From contig OY968769.1 of assembly GCA_963695345.1 (NCBI GenBank), forward strand, positions 1,312,001 to 1,376,000: 64,000 nucleotides of DNA. Direction: 5' to 3'. A model generated the notes under the pieces. That model saw only the letters and a program-made list of their open reading frames with translations. It did not search any database and was not told where the DNA came from. This document shows, piece by piece, positions 29,001 to 38,489 of this stretch. The DNA comes from an uncultured Methanomassiliicoccales archaeon (lineage in GTDB: Archaea > Thermoplasmatota > Thermoplasmata > Methanomassiliicoccales > UBA472). A program made the translations under genes and the position numbers. The stretch's first letter is position 1. Every line of letters begins with the position of its first letter.

Positions 29001-31749
29001 GGCCAATGTGAAGGTGCTGCGCAACATAGCGATAATGAACGGAGCGATGGCAGTTGGCCTGAGGTACGATCCGGATCTGATATCCCAGGCAATTAACGGT
29101 GGTACGTCAACGGTCACCGTCGGCACGCAGCTGGTCGCCAACAATGAAGTGACCGCAACAGGCGATGACTTCTACGGGCTGTACTATTACGGCGACAACC
29201 TGTACTCGATCAGCAACATTGGAAATGCGACCGTAGTATCTGGATCCATCAGCATCCGGGACAACACGGTGGGCATGAAGGGCAATAACAGCATCGGTCT
29301 GTACGTCCGTAACGACGTTGACAACATCGAGGCTGTCGCACACTCCCACTGGCTAGCCTCGTTCAAGCTGGTCGATGGATTGAACATCATCAGGAACTCC
29401 CTGGTGATGAAGGGCTCGGAGAACTTCGGAATACTCGTTGAGAACGACGGGCAAACCCTCGATGTGATAGTGGATGATATGGACGGCGATGCGTTCCTGC
29501 AGTATGAGATGACCATATCAAACAACGTCCTGACCATGTCTGGCCCTAACAATGTCGGCATCGATCTGACGGACTACATCCGCTACTTCTCATACAACAA
29601 CGGTAACGTTGTCATGAAGGCGGATGTTATGATATCGAACAACAACGTGAAGATGAACAGCGACACCGGCGAGGGCATACTGCTGAGCGCGCCGTTAAAT
29701 GTCGATGTGACCTCATTCAACGGTGTGGCGACGATATCGGCAAAGGTCTCGGTAATCAACAACATCGTCACCCGCGGCGGCATCGGAATACACGTTGACG
29801 GTACTGGACAGGGAGATGTCTACATCACCAGCAACAAGGTGACTGGAACCTACAACATCTCGGTCCTGATCGAGGGCGCCAACGCGATAGTGGAGAACAA
29901 CATAATCACCGAGAACGCCGGTAATGGAATAGTCCTGCAGAACAACCTGGCTTCCACCTACCTGGTGATCGGGAACAACACCATTACCCACAACGGCGGA
30001 ATAGGCCTGTGGGTGCTGGAGAGCAACGGGGTCGCCGTCTTTAATGGCATATTCGAAGAGAACATGAATGGCGGAATAATCGTACCCAGCGATGGTGTGG
30101 TGGCTCCGTCCGATTCCCTGACGCTTGCCTTATCGTCCGGCAGCCAGGTCAAGTGGCTGGTCAGCACCGCAACGACCGTGAAGGGCAACGACGTGGAACT
30201 CTTCGGGGATGTGGAGATCACCCGCTACGGTATATTGACACTGGACTCGGTGGACAGCTTCACCATCGGAGCCGCCGACACCGGGGTCACCCAGTTGATG
30301 GTAGACTTCGGAGGTTCCTTGATCGTAAGGAACTCCAACATGTACTCCGACAACGGCAAGGGGCTGTTCCTGGTCTACGGCAAACTGCAGATGACCAGCT
30401 CGATCGTGAGCGATTGGTCCGAGATATACCTGGGCAACACGTCGACCGCGTCGATCACCGCCTGTACTATCCAGTATAACGACCGGAACGGAATATTCAT
30501 CGACGGGGCGAACCCGACCATATCCTCGACGACGATCCTCGCGAACGGAATGGACGGGATATTCGTCAACGACGGGTCCCAGCCGATCATCAAGAGCTGC
30601 GTGATCATGCAGAACGAGCGCGGGATATACGCCAGGAGCTCTTACCTGGACAATGTGGTCGACAACATATTCGTGTTGAACAGTGTGGCCGGACTGTACG
30701 CCGAGGACGTGGTGGGCAGGATCCACGCCAACATATTCCTGTTGGACAAGAACGAGATATTCCTGTACAACTGCGTCGTCTCGGTCGAGGACAATGAGAT
30801 CGGATATGCCCGCATCGTCGATGATGTGGCCAAGTACTCTGTTCTGCTGTCCCTGGTCCTCAGCTACCTGGATACATCCAGCCTAACTGAGGAGGGTCTC
30901 AGCTCGGGCGACCTGATGGCCACCTATGGCCTCTCGGACCTGCTCCTGCCGATGCTCCTCGAGCACGTGGGTATGTACGCCATCAACTCGGATGTCACAG
31001 CGAAGGACAACACCTACGGAATGCTGAGCTACGCGGTGTATGCGGAGAACTCGACCGTATCGTTCAGCGACACCGTGAAGGAGAACGCCATCGTCCTCCA
31101 GTGGCTCAACCATAACCTGGACTCCCGGAACATCACGGTACCGACGTTCGTGTACAACGGCATATACCTGATCAACTCGAAGTTGACCATGAGCGGGGCC
31201 AGTATCCAGTGCAGGAACGACGCGGTGTTCCTGGACGATTCCAGTGCCCTCATAACCAAGTCGGCGCTGAACGCGTCAAGGTTCGACATCTACTCGGTGC
31301 ATGAGAGCAGCGTCAACATCAGCGCCACCTCCATGGACGGTAAGCTGAAGATCGAGGATGGCGGCCTGATGACCTGGTTTAACCAGTTCACCGTCATCGT
31401 CAAGAACTCCGACGGCAAACTGGTCTCGGGAGCGCCGGTGACCGTCGTGGACGGGAACGGCAAGCTGATCTCCAGCGGCGTGACCGACAGCAACGGTCAG
31501 TATCTGGCCGACGTGACCGGATGGACCCAGGATGAGTATGGCAGGCACGCCGTCTCCTCTCCGTACTGGGTGAACGCCACGGTGGACGGCAAGGTCGTCT
31601 CGCAGACCGCCGACGGAAGCCAGGCCCAGACCGTGTCGGCCCAGGCCCAGAGGAGCACGATCGACGCGATCATGCTGCCGATGCTCCTGATAGTCGCCCT
31701 GATCGTCGTGGTCGTGGTGATAATGGTGGTCCTGCGCAGCCGCAAGTAG
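26083..31749 (+). CDS. Large cell-surface adhesin-like protein with right-handed parallel beta-helix repeats
   Basis: Signal peptide (RRKGFLMVG...ANA), TW...GSPYVV..TITV.SGATLT N-cap, many V.NN/I.NN rungs, and a C-terminal Ig-like module (SGVTDSNG) followed by TM and RSRK. Confidence 0.8.
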   Translation: MGTYSPEDSSNQLILGPLARRKGFLMVGALLIVCAFALLLSASGANATTYVYQDISTDTTWNEAGSPYVVNDTITVQSGATLTVGPNVNVRVDAGRQILIDGSLRANGEAARMINFTANSTTWNGMVSGANSLISLNYVKFNNATGMTVQNTGVFTNSMFRDLSSNAILFSIIHKSGNLTVTGCDFRQVSVNDILVQVSAWSNATTTRTTSVPIVIANNNFALGLTGTAVRIEETVNPVQSGVAVLNSAISVNNNRFNIGTHQAISVERTVVSYDNATATLNGALTFNFNTFTSGNAISVVNSATALDLPSLRFNHDNSVNINSGVTVSNNDLRNVIGNGFSDSSTLVTFGQKTSTMTNPIRVTGNNFTTSIDAIIAQKTAVAYENGTAVFASDITVDHNRMISVENGIIVGKSLLAVGDFNGRITYTGAETISNNTVTLGTGVFFVSNLAESSSGYGIVSMSGAKVVSDNTIANIGSGMTISVSESASTSDHSSTTLTIPVAVVRNNVSVASGLIASGSYSAASDLSHLTILGDVRVLNNIGSQLSSSGITLLINGLAAVDDGNITVTGSMTVSDNKLHIASGPGITFEMHATGQNNGKTHITMPIEISGNNIDCVGSNAVRVIVTLNTLNNALIAETGAVTIDSNLVTRAANGFTISRQVTAGSKTNSSVSVVSDVTIINNVMNNLTGNCMSLTDAVAANGHKELVFNSTVTVTGNVVHKATGRMLDISRQGLRSYDSAKLTFTGSITVSNNLAVVCGESIRLNLAYESNNLSTLSVTGDLTVTNNQGLDISHNGIEVYQDSRSKGNSTMSVVGNIMVSDNVLEIGNLEAITLQNYLVTSDNSTGTMVGSVNVLRNSAVIENSSALSALVRVIASDNSDALMAGDLVVSNNTMTYYGNNDGYFVDVYVYASVTQTKKVATATYNGDMVVTDNKATVTGINAYRDVYYVYFDVQAKVEITGPHGNAWANATAANVKVLRNIAIMNGAMAVGLRYDPDLISQAINGGTSTVTVGTQLVANNEVTATGDDFYGLYYYGDNLYSISNIGNATVVSGSISIRDNTVGMKGNNSIGLYVRNDVDNIEAVAHSHWLASFKLVDGLNIIRNSLVMKGSENFGILVENDGQTLDVIVDDMDGDAFLQYEMTISNNVLTMSGPNNVGIDLTDYIRYFSYNNGNVVMKADVMISNNNVKMNSDTGEGILLSAPLNVDVTSFNGVATISAKVSVINNIVTRGGIGIHVDGTGQGDVYITSNKVTGTYNISVLIEGANAIVENNIITENAGNGIVLQNNLASTYLVIGNNTITHNGGIGLWVLESNGVAVFNGIFEENMNGGIIVPSDGVVAPSDSLTLALSSGSQVKWLVSTATTVKGNDVELFGDVEITRYGILTLDSVDSFTIGAADTGVTQLMVDFGGSLIVRNSNMYSDNGKGLFLVYGKLQMTSSIVSDWSEIYLGNTSTASITACTIQYNDRNGIFIDGANPTISSTTILANGMDGIFVNDGSQPIIKSCVIMQNERGIYARSSYLDNVVDNIFVLNSVAGLYAEDVVGRIHANIFLLDKNEIFLYNCVVSVEDNEIGYARIVDDVAKYSVLLSLVLSYLDTSSLTEEGLSSGDLMATYGLSDLLLPMLLEHVGMYAINSDVTAKDNTYGMLSYAVYAENSTVSFSDTVKENAIVLQWLNHNLDSRNITVPTFVYNGIYLINSKLTMSGASIQCRNDAVFLDDSSALITKSALNASRFDIYSVHESSVNISATSMDGKLKIEDGGLMTWFNQFTVIVKNSDGKLVSGAPVTVVDGNGKLISSGVTDSNGQYLADVTGWTQDEYGRHAVSSPYWVNATVDGKVVSQTADGSQAQTVSAQAQRSTIDAIMLPMLLIVALIVVVVVIMVVLRSRK

Positions 31750-31756
31750 TGACGCC

Positions 31757-31797
31757 AAACACCTTTTCCAACCCTTTTCCGTTTTTTCCTTTTTTTA
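31757..31797 (+). terminator. Oligo-T terminator after the adhesin gene
   Basis: AAACACCTTTTCCAACCCTTTTCCGTTTTTTCCTTTTTTT. Confidence 0.65.
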
Positions 31798-31858
31798 CCT
31801 CGGCGAAGCTCGCAAAATGATTAAGTGGCGAACGCGCATTCTACGCCAGGTGCATCAG

Positions 31859-33157
31859 ATGGGTTATTCTCAAAGACTCCTTGACGTTCTCCGTTCGCTC
31901 AACGCCGAGGAAGGCGATACCGTCCTGGTCCATGATACCGGCCGGGAGTACCGGGGCATTCTAATGCCCCATCACGAGTTCAGCGACCCGGAAGTGGTCG
32001 TGGTCAAGATGAAGTCCGGCTATAATGTGGGCATCAGGACCGGTCCGGATACGGCCATCGAGGTCATATCAAAGGTCCAGCCCAAGGAAAGGAAACCGCA
32101 GCGGCTCCACCCCTGCAAGGACAAGCGAACGGTGTCAGTGCTGGGTACTGGAGGGACGATAGCCTCCTACGTCGACTACCGCACCGGGGCGGTGCACCCG
32201 GCCCTGTCCGCCGACGACCTGGTGGCGGCCGTGCCGGAGATAGCGGACATATGCAACGTCCGTTCCGAGGTGATCTTCTCCATCTTCAGCGAGAACATGA
32301 CGGTGGAACATTGGCAGACGCTGGCGGGGGCAGTGGCGGACCGTTTGAATGGCGGCGTGGACGGATGCATCGTTCCCCATGGGACGGACACGATGGGTTA
32401 CACATCGGCGGCGCTCTCGTTCATGCTCGAGGACCTCAGAAAGCCCGTCATGCTGGTGGGCGCCCAGAGATCGTCCGACCGGCCATCCACCGACGCACAC
32501 ACCAACCTGGTGTCGGCGGCCCGTTTCATCGCCGAAGGGGACTCCGCGGGGGTATATGTCCTGATGCACGAGACTTCCTCGGATACCGCTGGAGCGGTAC
32601 ACCTGGGAACCAAGGTGCGCAAGATGCACACCAGCAGGCGTGACGCATTCCAGAGCGTGAACTGCCGCCCGGTCGCCCGGATCGGGTTCGAAGGCCCGAT
32701 CGAATATCTGGCCGACCATCAGAGGAGAGCTGAGGGAAAAGTGACGCTCAGGGAATCCATGGACGAAAAGGTGGCGTTGCTGCAGTATTACCCGGGGATG
32801 TCCCCATCGGCGTTCGAGTCGGTGCTCGGTTCACACCACGGTATCGTCTTCGCCGGATCGGGGCTAGGTCACGTGTCTAAGGACATGGTCGTCGCCATCG
32901 GAAAGGCCATCAAGGCCGGGACCCAGGTCGTGATGACGTCCCAGTGCCTCTATGGCCGGGTCAATCTGAACGTCTACGACACCGGCCGCGACCTGATCAC
33001 GGCCGGGGTCATTCCCGCCGAGGACATGCTGCCGGAGACCGCCTACGTCAAGCTGATGTGGGTGCTGGGTCAGACATCGGATGACCTAGAGGTGAGGCGG
33101 CTGATGCGAACGAACCTTCGCGGAGAGATAACGGAAAGGAGGGAGATCGATGGCTGA
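31859..33157 (+). CDS. gatD: Glutamyl-tRNA(Gln) amidotransferase subunit D
   Basis: KMKSGYNVG, GTGGTIAS.VDY.TGAV, HGTDT, GAQRSSDRPS, RKMHTSRRDAF. Confidence 0.97.
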   Translation: MGYSQRLLDVLRSLNAEEGDTVLVHDTGREYRGILMPHHEFSDPEVVVVKMKSGYNVGIRTGPDTAIEVISKVQPKERKPQRLHPCKDKRTVSVLGTGGTIASYVDYRTGAVHPALSADDLVAAVPEIADICNVRSEVIFSIFSENMTVEHWQTLAGAVADRLNGGVDGCIVPHGTDTMGYTSAALSFMLEDLRKPVMLVGAQRSSDRPSTDAHTNLVSAARFIAEGDSAGVYVLMHETSSDTAGAVHLGTKVRKMHTSRRDAFQSVNCRPVARIGFEGPIEYLADHQRRAEGKVTLRESMDEKVALLQYYPGMSPSAFESVLGSHHGIVFAGSGLGHVSKDMVVAIGKAIKAGTQVVMTSQCLYGRVNLNVYDTGRDLITAGVIPAEDMLPETAYVKLMWVLGQTSDDLEVRRLMRTNLRGEITERREIDG

Positions 33158-35012
33158 GCATGAACTCACTTGCGGCATCGAGATACACCAGCAGCTCAGC
33201 ACCAAGAAGTTGTTCTGCTCATGCGAATCGGACCTGGTTGAACAGGAGGGGTCCATACTGCTGCGCCGGCTCAGACCTTCCCAGTCTGAACTGGGCGAGA
33301 TAGACCGGGCGGTGCTGGCCCAGGCCGCCAGGAAGATGAGCTTCAGGTATCAGGCGCCGCCTTCCAGATGCTGTCTGGTTGAGGCTGATGAGGAACCTCC
33401 CCACGACGCGGACAAGGACGCGGTCCAGGCATCCCTGGTCGTTTCCGCACTGCTCAAGGCCCGGCCCGTCGATGAAGTGCACTACATGAGGAAGATCGTC
33501 ATCGACGGTTCGAACACCTCCGGTTTCCAGAGGACCGCCCTGATAGCGACCGATGGAATGCTTGAGGTCAATGGGAAGCAGATATCCATCCTCTCGGTCT
33601 GCCTCGAGGAGGACGCCGCGCGCAAGGTCGAGACCAAGGCCAGCGAGGTAACCTATCGCCTGGACCGGCTGGGCATACCTCTGATCGAGATAGCCACCGG
33701 CCCGGACATGCATGACGGCGAGACGGTGAGGGAGGTGGCCCAGCGGCTCGGTTCCATCCTCCGGGCGACCAAGAAGGTGAAGCGCGGCCTCGGGACGATC
33801 CGCGAGGATGTCAACATATCCATCCCAGGGGGAGCCAGGGTCGAGATCAAGGGCGTACAGGACCTGAAGCTGCTGCCGACATATGTGGAAAAGGAGGTGG
33901 AACGGCAGCGTTCGCTCCTCAGGATCCAGGGCATGCTCCGCGAGAGAGGCGTTACCCAGGTATCCGGCGAGGTGGTCGACTATACCGCAGTATTCGTCTC
34001 GTCCAAGTCGAAGGTGATAACCTCCGCGCTGGGCAAGAGCGGCAAGGTGCTGGGCATCAGGCTGCCGGGCTTCGTCGGCGTCATGAAGAGCGCTGACGGG
34101 AAGCTCCGCCTCGGTGCGGAGATGGCACAGCACGCCCGTACCCGCGGGGTCATGGGCATATTCCATTCCGATGAGCTGCCAGGTTATGGCATAACCCCGG
34201 AGACGGTGAACGACCTACGGGCCGCCATGGGATTGGGGGAAGGTGACGCCTTCGCCATCTGCGCCGACGACCCGGTCAAGGCGGACGCCGCCCTGAGAGC
34301 GGCGGCGGAACGGGCCAGGACGGCATTGGAAGGCGTTCCGGAGGAGACAAGGGACCCGCTGCCGGACGGCGGCAGTTCTTTCTCCAGGCCCTTACCGGGG
34401 GCTGGCAGGATGTATCCGGAGACCGACGTCAGGCCGATACCGATCACCCCTGAGCGCATGGCGGAGATCGAAGCCAACCTCCCCGAGCTACCAGAGCAGA
34501 CCATCAACCGCTTCGTCACCGCATATGGAATTCACAAGCAGCAGGCGGCTCAGATAGTCAGGGAAGGATTCGAGCAGCTCTTCGAAGAACTGGCCGCGAA
34601 GGACCAGGCAGGGGTGGCGGCGCGCACCTTCCTGAACACCTATCCGGAACTGGAGAAGGAGGGTCTGGACGTCTCTTCGATATCCGATGCCTCGGTGAGG
34701 GAGCTGTTCGACGCCCTGGCGAAGGGGTGCTTCACCAAAGAGGCGTTGCCGGACCTGCTGCGCCATATCGCCGGCGGGAAAAATGTCAAGGCGTCAATAG
34801 ACGCATTGGGCATAACCCAGGTGGACAGCGGGGAGGCCAGTACAATCATTTCCAAGCTGGTCAGGGAACGGGAACACTTCGTCCGGGAGAAGAAGATGGG
34901 TGCCATCGGGCCGCTAATGGCCCCGGCCATGGCCGAGCTCCGCGGCAAGGTGGATGGAAAGACGATCAGCGAGATACTCAAAAAGGAGATAGAGAAACTG
35001 CTCAACACGTGA
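33150..35012 (+). CDS. gatE: Glutamyl-tRNA(Gln) amidotransferase subunit E
   Basis: GIEIHQQL..KLFC, MRKIVIDGSNTSGFQRT, RPLPGAGRMYPETD. Confidence 0.97.
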   Translation: MAEHELTCGIEIHQQLSTKKLFCSCESDLVEQEGSILLRRLRPSQSELGEIDRAVLAQAARKMSFRYQAPPSRCCLVEADEEPPHDADKDAVQASLVVSALLKARPVDEVHYMRKIVIDGSNTSGFQRTALIATDGMLEVNGKQISILSVCLEEDAARKVETKASEVTYRLDRLGIPLIEIATGPDMHDGETVREVAQRLGSILRATKKVKRGLGTIREDVNISIPGGARVEIKGVQDLKLLPTYVEKEVERQRSLLRIQGMLRERGVTQVSGEVVDYTAVFVSSKSKVITSALGKSGKVLGIRLPGFVGVMKSADGKLRLGAEMAQHARTRGVMGIFHSDELPGYGITPETVNDLRAAMGLGEGDAFAICADDPVKADAALRAAAERARTALEGVPEETRDPLPDGGSSFSRPLPGAGRMYPETDVRPIPITPERMAEIEANLPELPEQTINRFVTAYGIHKQQAAQIVREGFEQLFEELAAKDQAGVAARTFLNTYPELEKEGLDVSSISDASVRELFDALAKGCFTKEALPDLLRHIAGGKNVKASIDALGITQVDSGEASTIISKLVREREHFVREKKMGAIGPLMAPAMAELRGKVDGKTISEILKKEIEKLLNT

Positions 35013-35583
35013 TCTCACGAGGTACCAGCTCCAGCACCCTGAGCTCCTCGAAGAACAGGTGCTGGGCCCGCAGCTCCCGGCTATGGAAAGGATAGAGCAT
35101 CTCCCTGAGCGGGGTCTGTTCCATGTCGGAGGAGACGATCACTATGATCCTCCCATCCTGGTTGAGGTGCGGCGGGGCCTGCTCCAGGAACCTCCCCAGT
35201 GTCTCCGTCCCGGTCCTGCCTCCCGCCCAGGCCAGATCGGAGACATCGGTGCCTTCTCCCCGGAGATAGGGTGGATTGAAAACGATCAGGTCGAAACAGC
35301 CGCGAACGTTCTGGAAGAGGTCCGACCGTATCACCTCGAGCCTCAGCCCGTTAAGGCCGGCGGCCGCCTTGGCGCAGAATGCCGCCTCCTGGTTGACGTC
35401 GACCGCGGTCACCGCTGCCCCTGCCTTGGCCAGATGAAGTGAGACCAGTCCGCTGCCGCATCCTATCTCCAGCACACGGTCTCCGGGAACGACCTCGAGA
35501 GCGTCGATCAGCAGGAACGTGTCGTCGGACGGGCAGTAGACTCCTTCCGGGCAGTTCACGACGATCGATGTATCCAGTTTCAT
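35002..35583 (-). CDS. HemK2/Mtq2-type protein N5-glutamine methyltransferase
   Basis: VY.PSDDTFLL, LEIGCGSG, FNPPY, GG..G. Confidence 0.9.
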   Translation of the reverse strand: MKLDTSIVVNCPEGVYCPSDDTFLLIDALEVVPGDRVLEIGCGSGLVSLHLAKAGAAVTAVDVNQEAAFCAKAAAGLNGLRLEVIRSDLFQNVRGCFDLIVFNPPYLRGEGTDVSDLAWAGGRTGTETLGRFLEQAPPHLNQDGRIIVIVSSDMEQTPLREMLYPFHSRELRAQHLFFEELRVLELVPREITC

Positions 35584-35698
35584 GGGCGTTTATCCATACC
35601 TCATTCCCCGATGGCGGGATAAAGCCATTGGCTGACATTCCTGGAGATGTCGGCGAAACAATAATAACCAGAGGTGTGCTTGATGGCGTCTGGGCTCC

Positions 35699-36604
35699 AT
35701 GGACATTCTGTCGATAGTCGCTGTCATCGTCATGCTGGTGGCAATGGCGATCGGGTTCATGAGGCGGTTCAGCTACACCAACGTACTGGTCGTGGCTAAC
35801 CTTGTGGTATTCATGCTGACGCTCCTGGCCCCTCTGACGCCATTCTCCGGCGGACTGAGGGCGGTACAGACCGACCTGGGGTTCAGGGCGACCTATTTCA
35901 CGGATGACATAGGCCATCTATACACCATCTTCACCAATCTGTTCATTCATGCGAATTTCTTTCACGTCATAGGGAACATGCTCTTCCTGTTCCTCATCGG
36001 CAACTCCTATGAGGAGAGGGTGGGAAAGAACAAGTTCGTGGCCACCTACCTCATCGCCGGAGTGGCCGGGACGCTGGTCGAATCGGTCGTACTGACGGGT
36101 TCGAACAGTTTGTTGATCGGTGCCTCGGGGGCCATCGCCGGGGTCATGGGAGCCATGCTCCTGCTCTATCCCCGGGATAAGGTCCCGATGTTCCTGTTTG
36201 TCATATTCCTGCCCGCGGTCTCGGTCTGGCTGGCGGTCGGGTCCTGGTTCGCCTGGCAGGTGTTCTTGGCGTTCTCCACGCCGACCAGCCTGGTGGGCGG
36301 GGGGATAGGGTTCGGGGCCCACTTCGGCGGATTCCTCGCCGGCATGCTGGTGGCACACCTCTATCCCCAATCCCTGGCCAAGACGCCCCGGGCGGTGGAT
36401 GTGACCGACCTCGAGTCCCTGGCGACGACCAAGGAGCTCAGGGATGCCCTCGACCACATCCGGGGTGAGACCAACCCGGACATACGCAACGCGTGGCTGG
36501 ATTATTTTGCCGAGCACGCCGTCTGTCCCAAATGCGGCAACCGCCCCAAGTGGAAGGGAAACAATATTAAGTGCTCCTGTGGATTTGAAACATCGTTGAA
36601 ATGA
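35699..36604 (+). CDS. Rhomboid intramembrane serine protease with a C-terminal Zn-ribbon
   Basis: F.H...H...NM, GASGA, AHFGG, and C-terminal CPKCG...CSCG. Confidence 0.9.
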   Translation: MDILSIVAVIVMLVAMAIGFMRRFSYTNVLVVANLVVFMLTLLAPLTPFSGGLRAVQTDLGFRATYFTDDIGHLYTIFTNLFIHANFFHVIGNMLFLFLIGNSYEERVGKNKFVATYLIAGVAGTLVESVVLTGSNSLLIGASGAIAGVMGAMLLLYPRDKVPMFLFVIFLPAVSVWLAVGSWFAWQVFLAFSTPTSLVGGGIGFGAHFGGFLAGMLVAHLYPQSLAKTPRAVDVTDLESLATTKELRDALDHIRGETNPDIRNAWLDYFAEHAVCPKCGNRPKWKGNNIKCSCGFETSLK

Positions 36605-37206
36605 CGCCCATCAAGGTCACCGTCCTGTGCGAAGGCCGCATCGTGAGGAACGGAAAGGAGATATTGGAGGCCCATTCGTCGGTCACCATGGTCACCTGGC
36701 CCGAGCACATCATGATCGTCGATTCCAGCGACGACGATTACCGCCCCCGGGTGGTCGATGCGCTATCGGCCAACGAGGTCGATCCTGACCAAGTGGACAT
36801 CGTCGTGAACACGCACCTGCACTCCGATCACTGCTCGAACAACGACCTGTTCGGCTACGCGATCCAGATGGCCCACAGGTTGGAAGACCCTCCCCTGCCA
36901 TATGTCCAAGTTACGCAGGACCAGGAACTGTTCCCAGGGATCACCCTGGTGCACACTCCGGGCCACACTCCCGGCACCATGAGCGTGTTCGTCGAGGCGG
37001 AACGTAGGTATGCGATCGTCGGGGACGCCATACCCACCTTCGATAATGTGAGGCGCTGGGTACCGCCCGGGGTCGCATGTGACGGGGAGGCTGCGCTAAG
37101 GAGCATGAAGAAGATAGTATCCTTCGCCGACATCGTCGTTCCCGGGCATGATGCGCCGTTCGAGGTCGACCGTACAAACGATAGATTTATCCAGAACAGA
37201 GCATAA
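36601..37206 (+). CDS. Metallo-beta-lactamase-fold hydrolase (MBLAC1-like)
   Basis: THLHSDH, TPGHT, GDA, PGHD. Confidence 0.88.
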   Translation: MTPIKVTVLCEGRIVRNGKEILEAHSSVTMVTWPEHIMIVDSSDDDYRPRVVDALSANEVDPDQVDIVVNTHLHSDHCSNNDLFGYAIQMAHRLEDPPLPYVQVTQDQELFPGITLVHTPGHTPGTMSVFVEAERRYAIVGDAIPTFDNVRRWVPPGVACDGEAALRSMKKIVSFADIVVPGHDAPFEVDRTNDRFIQNRA

Positions 37207-37214
37207 TCGCCGTG

Positions 37215-37826
37215 ATGAGTGATATGAACATACCGAACGCCCTTAACCTTGAATGTCCGGATTGCGGAGAGAAGACAGTGCACGAGGTGCTGAGGGGCAA
37301 GATCAGCAAGGAAGGGGACGTGCTGGAGACCACGGTCAAATGCCAGCAATGCGCAAAGGTCTACACGACCGTCGTCAGGGAACCGAAGGCGGTTCTTGTC
37401 CCCATAATCGTGTCCGAGATGGGAAGCTCCAAACGCTACGAGGTGGAGATGTCCCAAGGCGACCTGGTCTCCTACGAGGATGAGATGTTCGTCGAGGACA
37501 TGCCGGTGCTCATCACCGGACTGGAGGTCGGCGGCCGCCGCGTGATGAAAGCGAAGGCCGAGGAGATTTCCACTCTCTGGGCGAAGAAGTTTGATAAGGT
37601 CAGGGTAAGAATAGCGGTCAACAAGGGCAGCAAGACGCTATCCATTGACATCACCGCCACGCCCGATGAGGAATTCTTCGTCGGCGACCTGATGACCCTG
37701 GGACGTGAGGAAGTGGTCATCCATTCGATCAAGACGACGGACGGCGGCATGGCCAAGACCGGCGCCGTGCGGGCCAGGGACATCGTCCGTATCTACGCCA
37801 AGAAGGCCAGGACGACATACTCCTGA
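37215..37826 (+). CDS. Archaeal Zn-finger protein (HVO_0476-like)
   Basis: CPDCG...HEVL....VKCQQC, V.IIVS, A.A.EI.TLWA, RIYA. Confidence 0.8.
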   Translation: MSDMNIPNALNLECPDCGEKTVHEVLRGKISKEGDVLETTVKCQQCAKVYTTVVREPKAVLVPIIVSEMGSSKRYEVEMSQGDLVSYEDEMFVEDMPVLITGLEVGGRRVMKAKAEEISTLWAKKFDKVRVRIAVNKGSKTLSIDITATPDEEFFVGDLMTLGREEVVIHSIKTTDGGMAKTGAVRARDIVRIYAKKARTTYS

Positions 37827-37833
37827 AGGACCG

Positions 37834-38487
37834 ATGGGAACCGAGCAAGAGCGTAAGAGGATGATCGCCGAGCTGGTCGCATCCGGCTATGTTCAAGGCA
37901 AGGAGGCAGAGGCGGCCATGGAGAAAGTGGAACGGCACCGGTTCCTGCCTCGCGCCTTGGAGGGAGTGGCCTATGTCGATTCCCCGCTCTCCATCGGGGA
38001 GGGGCAGACCATCTCGGCTCCCCATATGGTCGGCATGATGGTCAGCGGTCTGGACCTGCGCCCCGGCATGAAGGTGCTGGAGATCGGGGGCGGCTCCGGT
38101 TACCACGCGGCGGTCATCGCCGAGATGGTGATGCCCGGAGGTCACGTCTACAGTATCGAGAGGCTACCATCGCTGGCGGAGCGGGCGAGGGCGAGCCTGG
38201 AGGCGGCCGGATACGCGGACACCGTGACCACCATCGTGGCTGACGGATCGAAGGGATGTCCGACCTACGCTCCCTACGACCGGGTAAGCGTCGCCTGCGG
38301 CGCACCGGACGTCCCGCCCCCGCTTTTTGAGCAGATGAAGGAGGGCGGCAAGATGCTGATCCCGGTCGGCGGGCGAACCTACCAGGAACTGTATCTAGTC
38401 ATCAAGGAGGACGGCAAGAGAAAGATGCTGGACCTGGGGTCCGTGGTCTTCGTACCGCTGATCGGGGAGTACGGTTTCAAGGAGTGA
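37834..38487 (+). CDS. pcm: Protein-L-isoaspartate O-methyltransferase
   Basis: AY.D.PL.IG.GQTISAPHM, LEIG.GSGY.AA, APYDR, FVPL.G. Confidence 0.95.
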   Translation: MGTEQERKRMIAELVASGYVQGKEAEAAMEKVERHRFLPRALEGVAYVDSPLSIGEGQTISAPHMVGMMVSGLDLRPGMKVLEIGGGSGYHAAVIAEMVMPGGHVYSIERLPSLAERARASLEAAGYADTVTTIVADGSKGCPTYAPYDRVSVACGAPDVPPPLFEQMKEGGKMLIPVGGRTYQELYLVIKEDGKRKMLDLGSVVFVPLIGEYGFKE

Positions 38488-38489
38488 GA

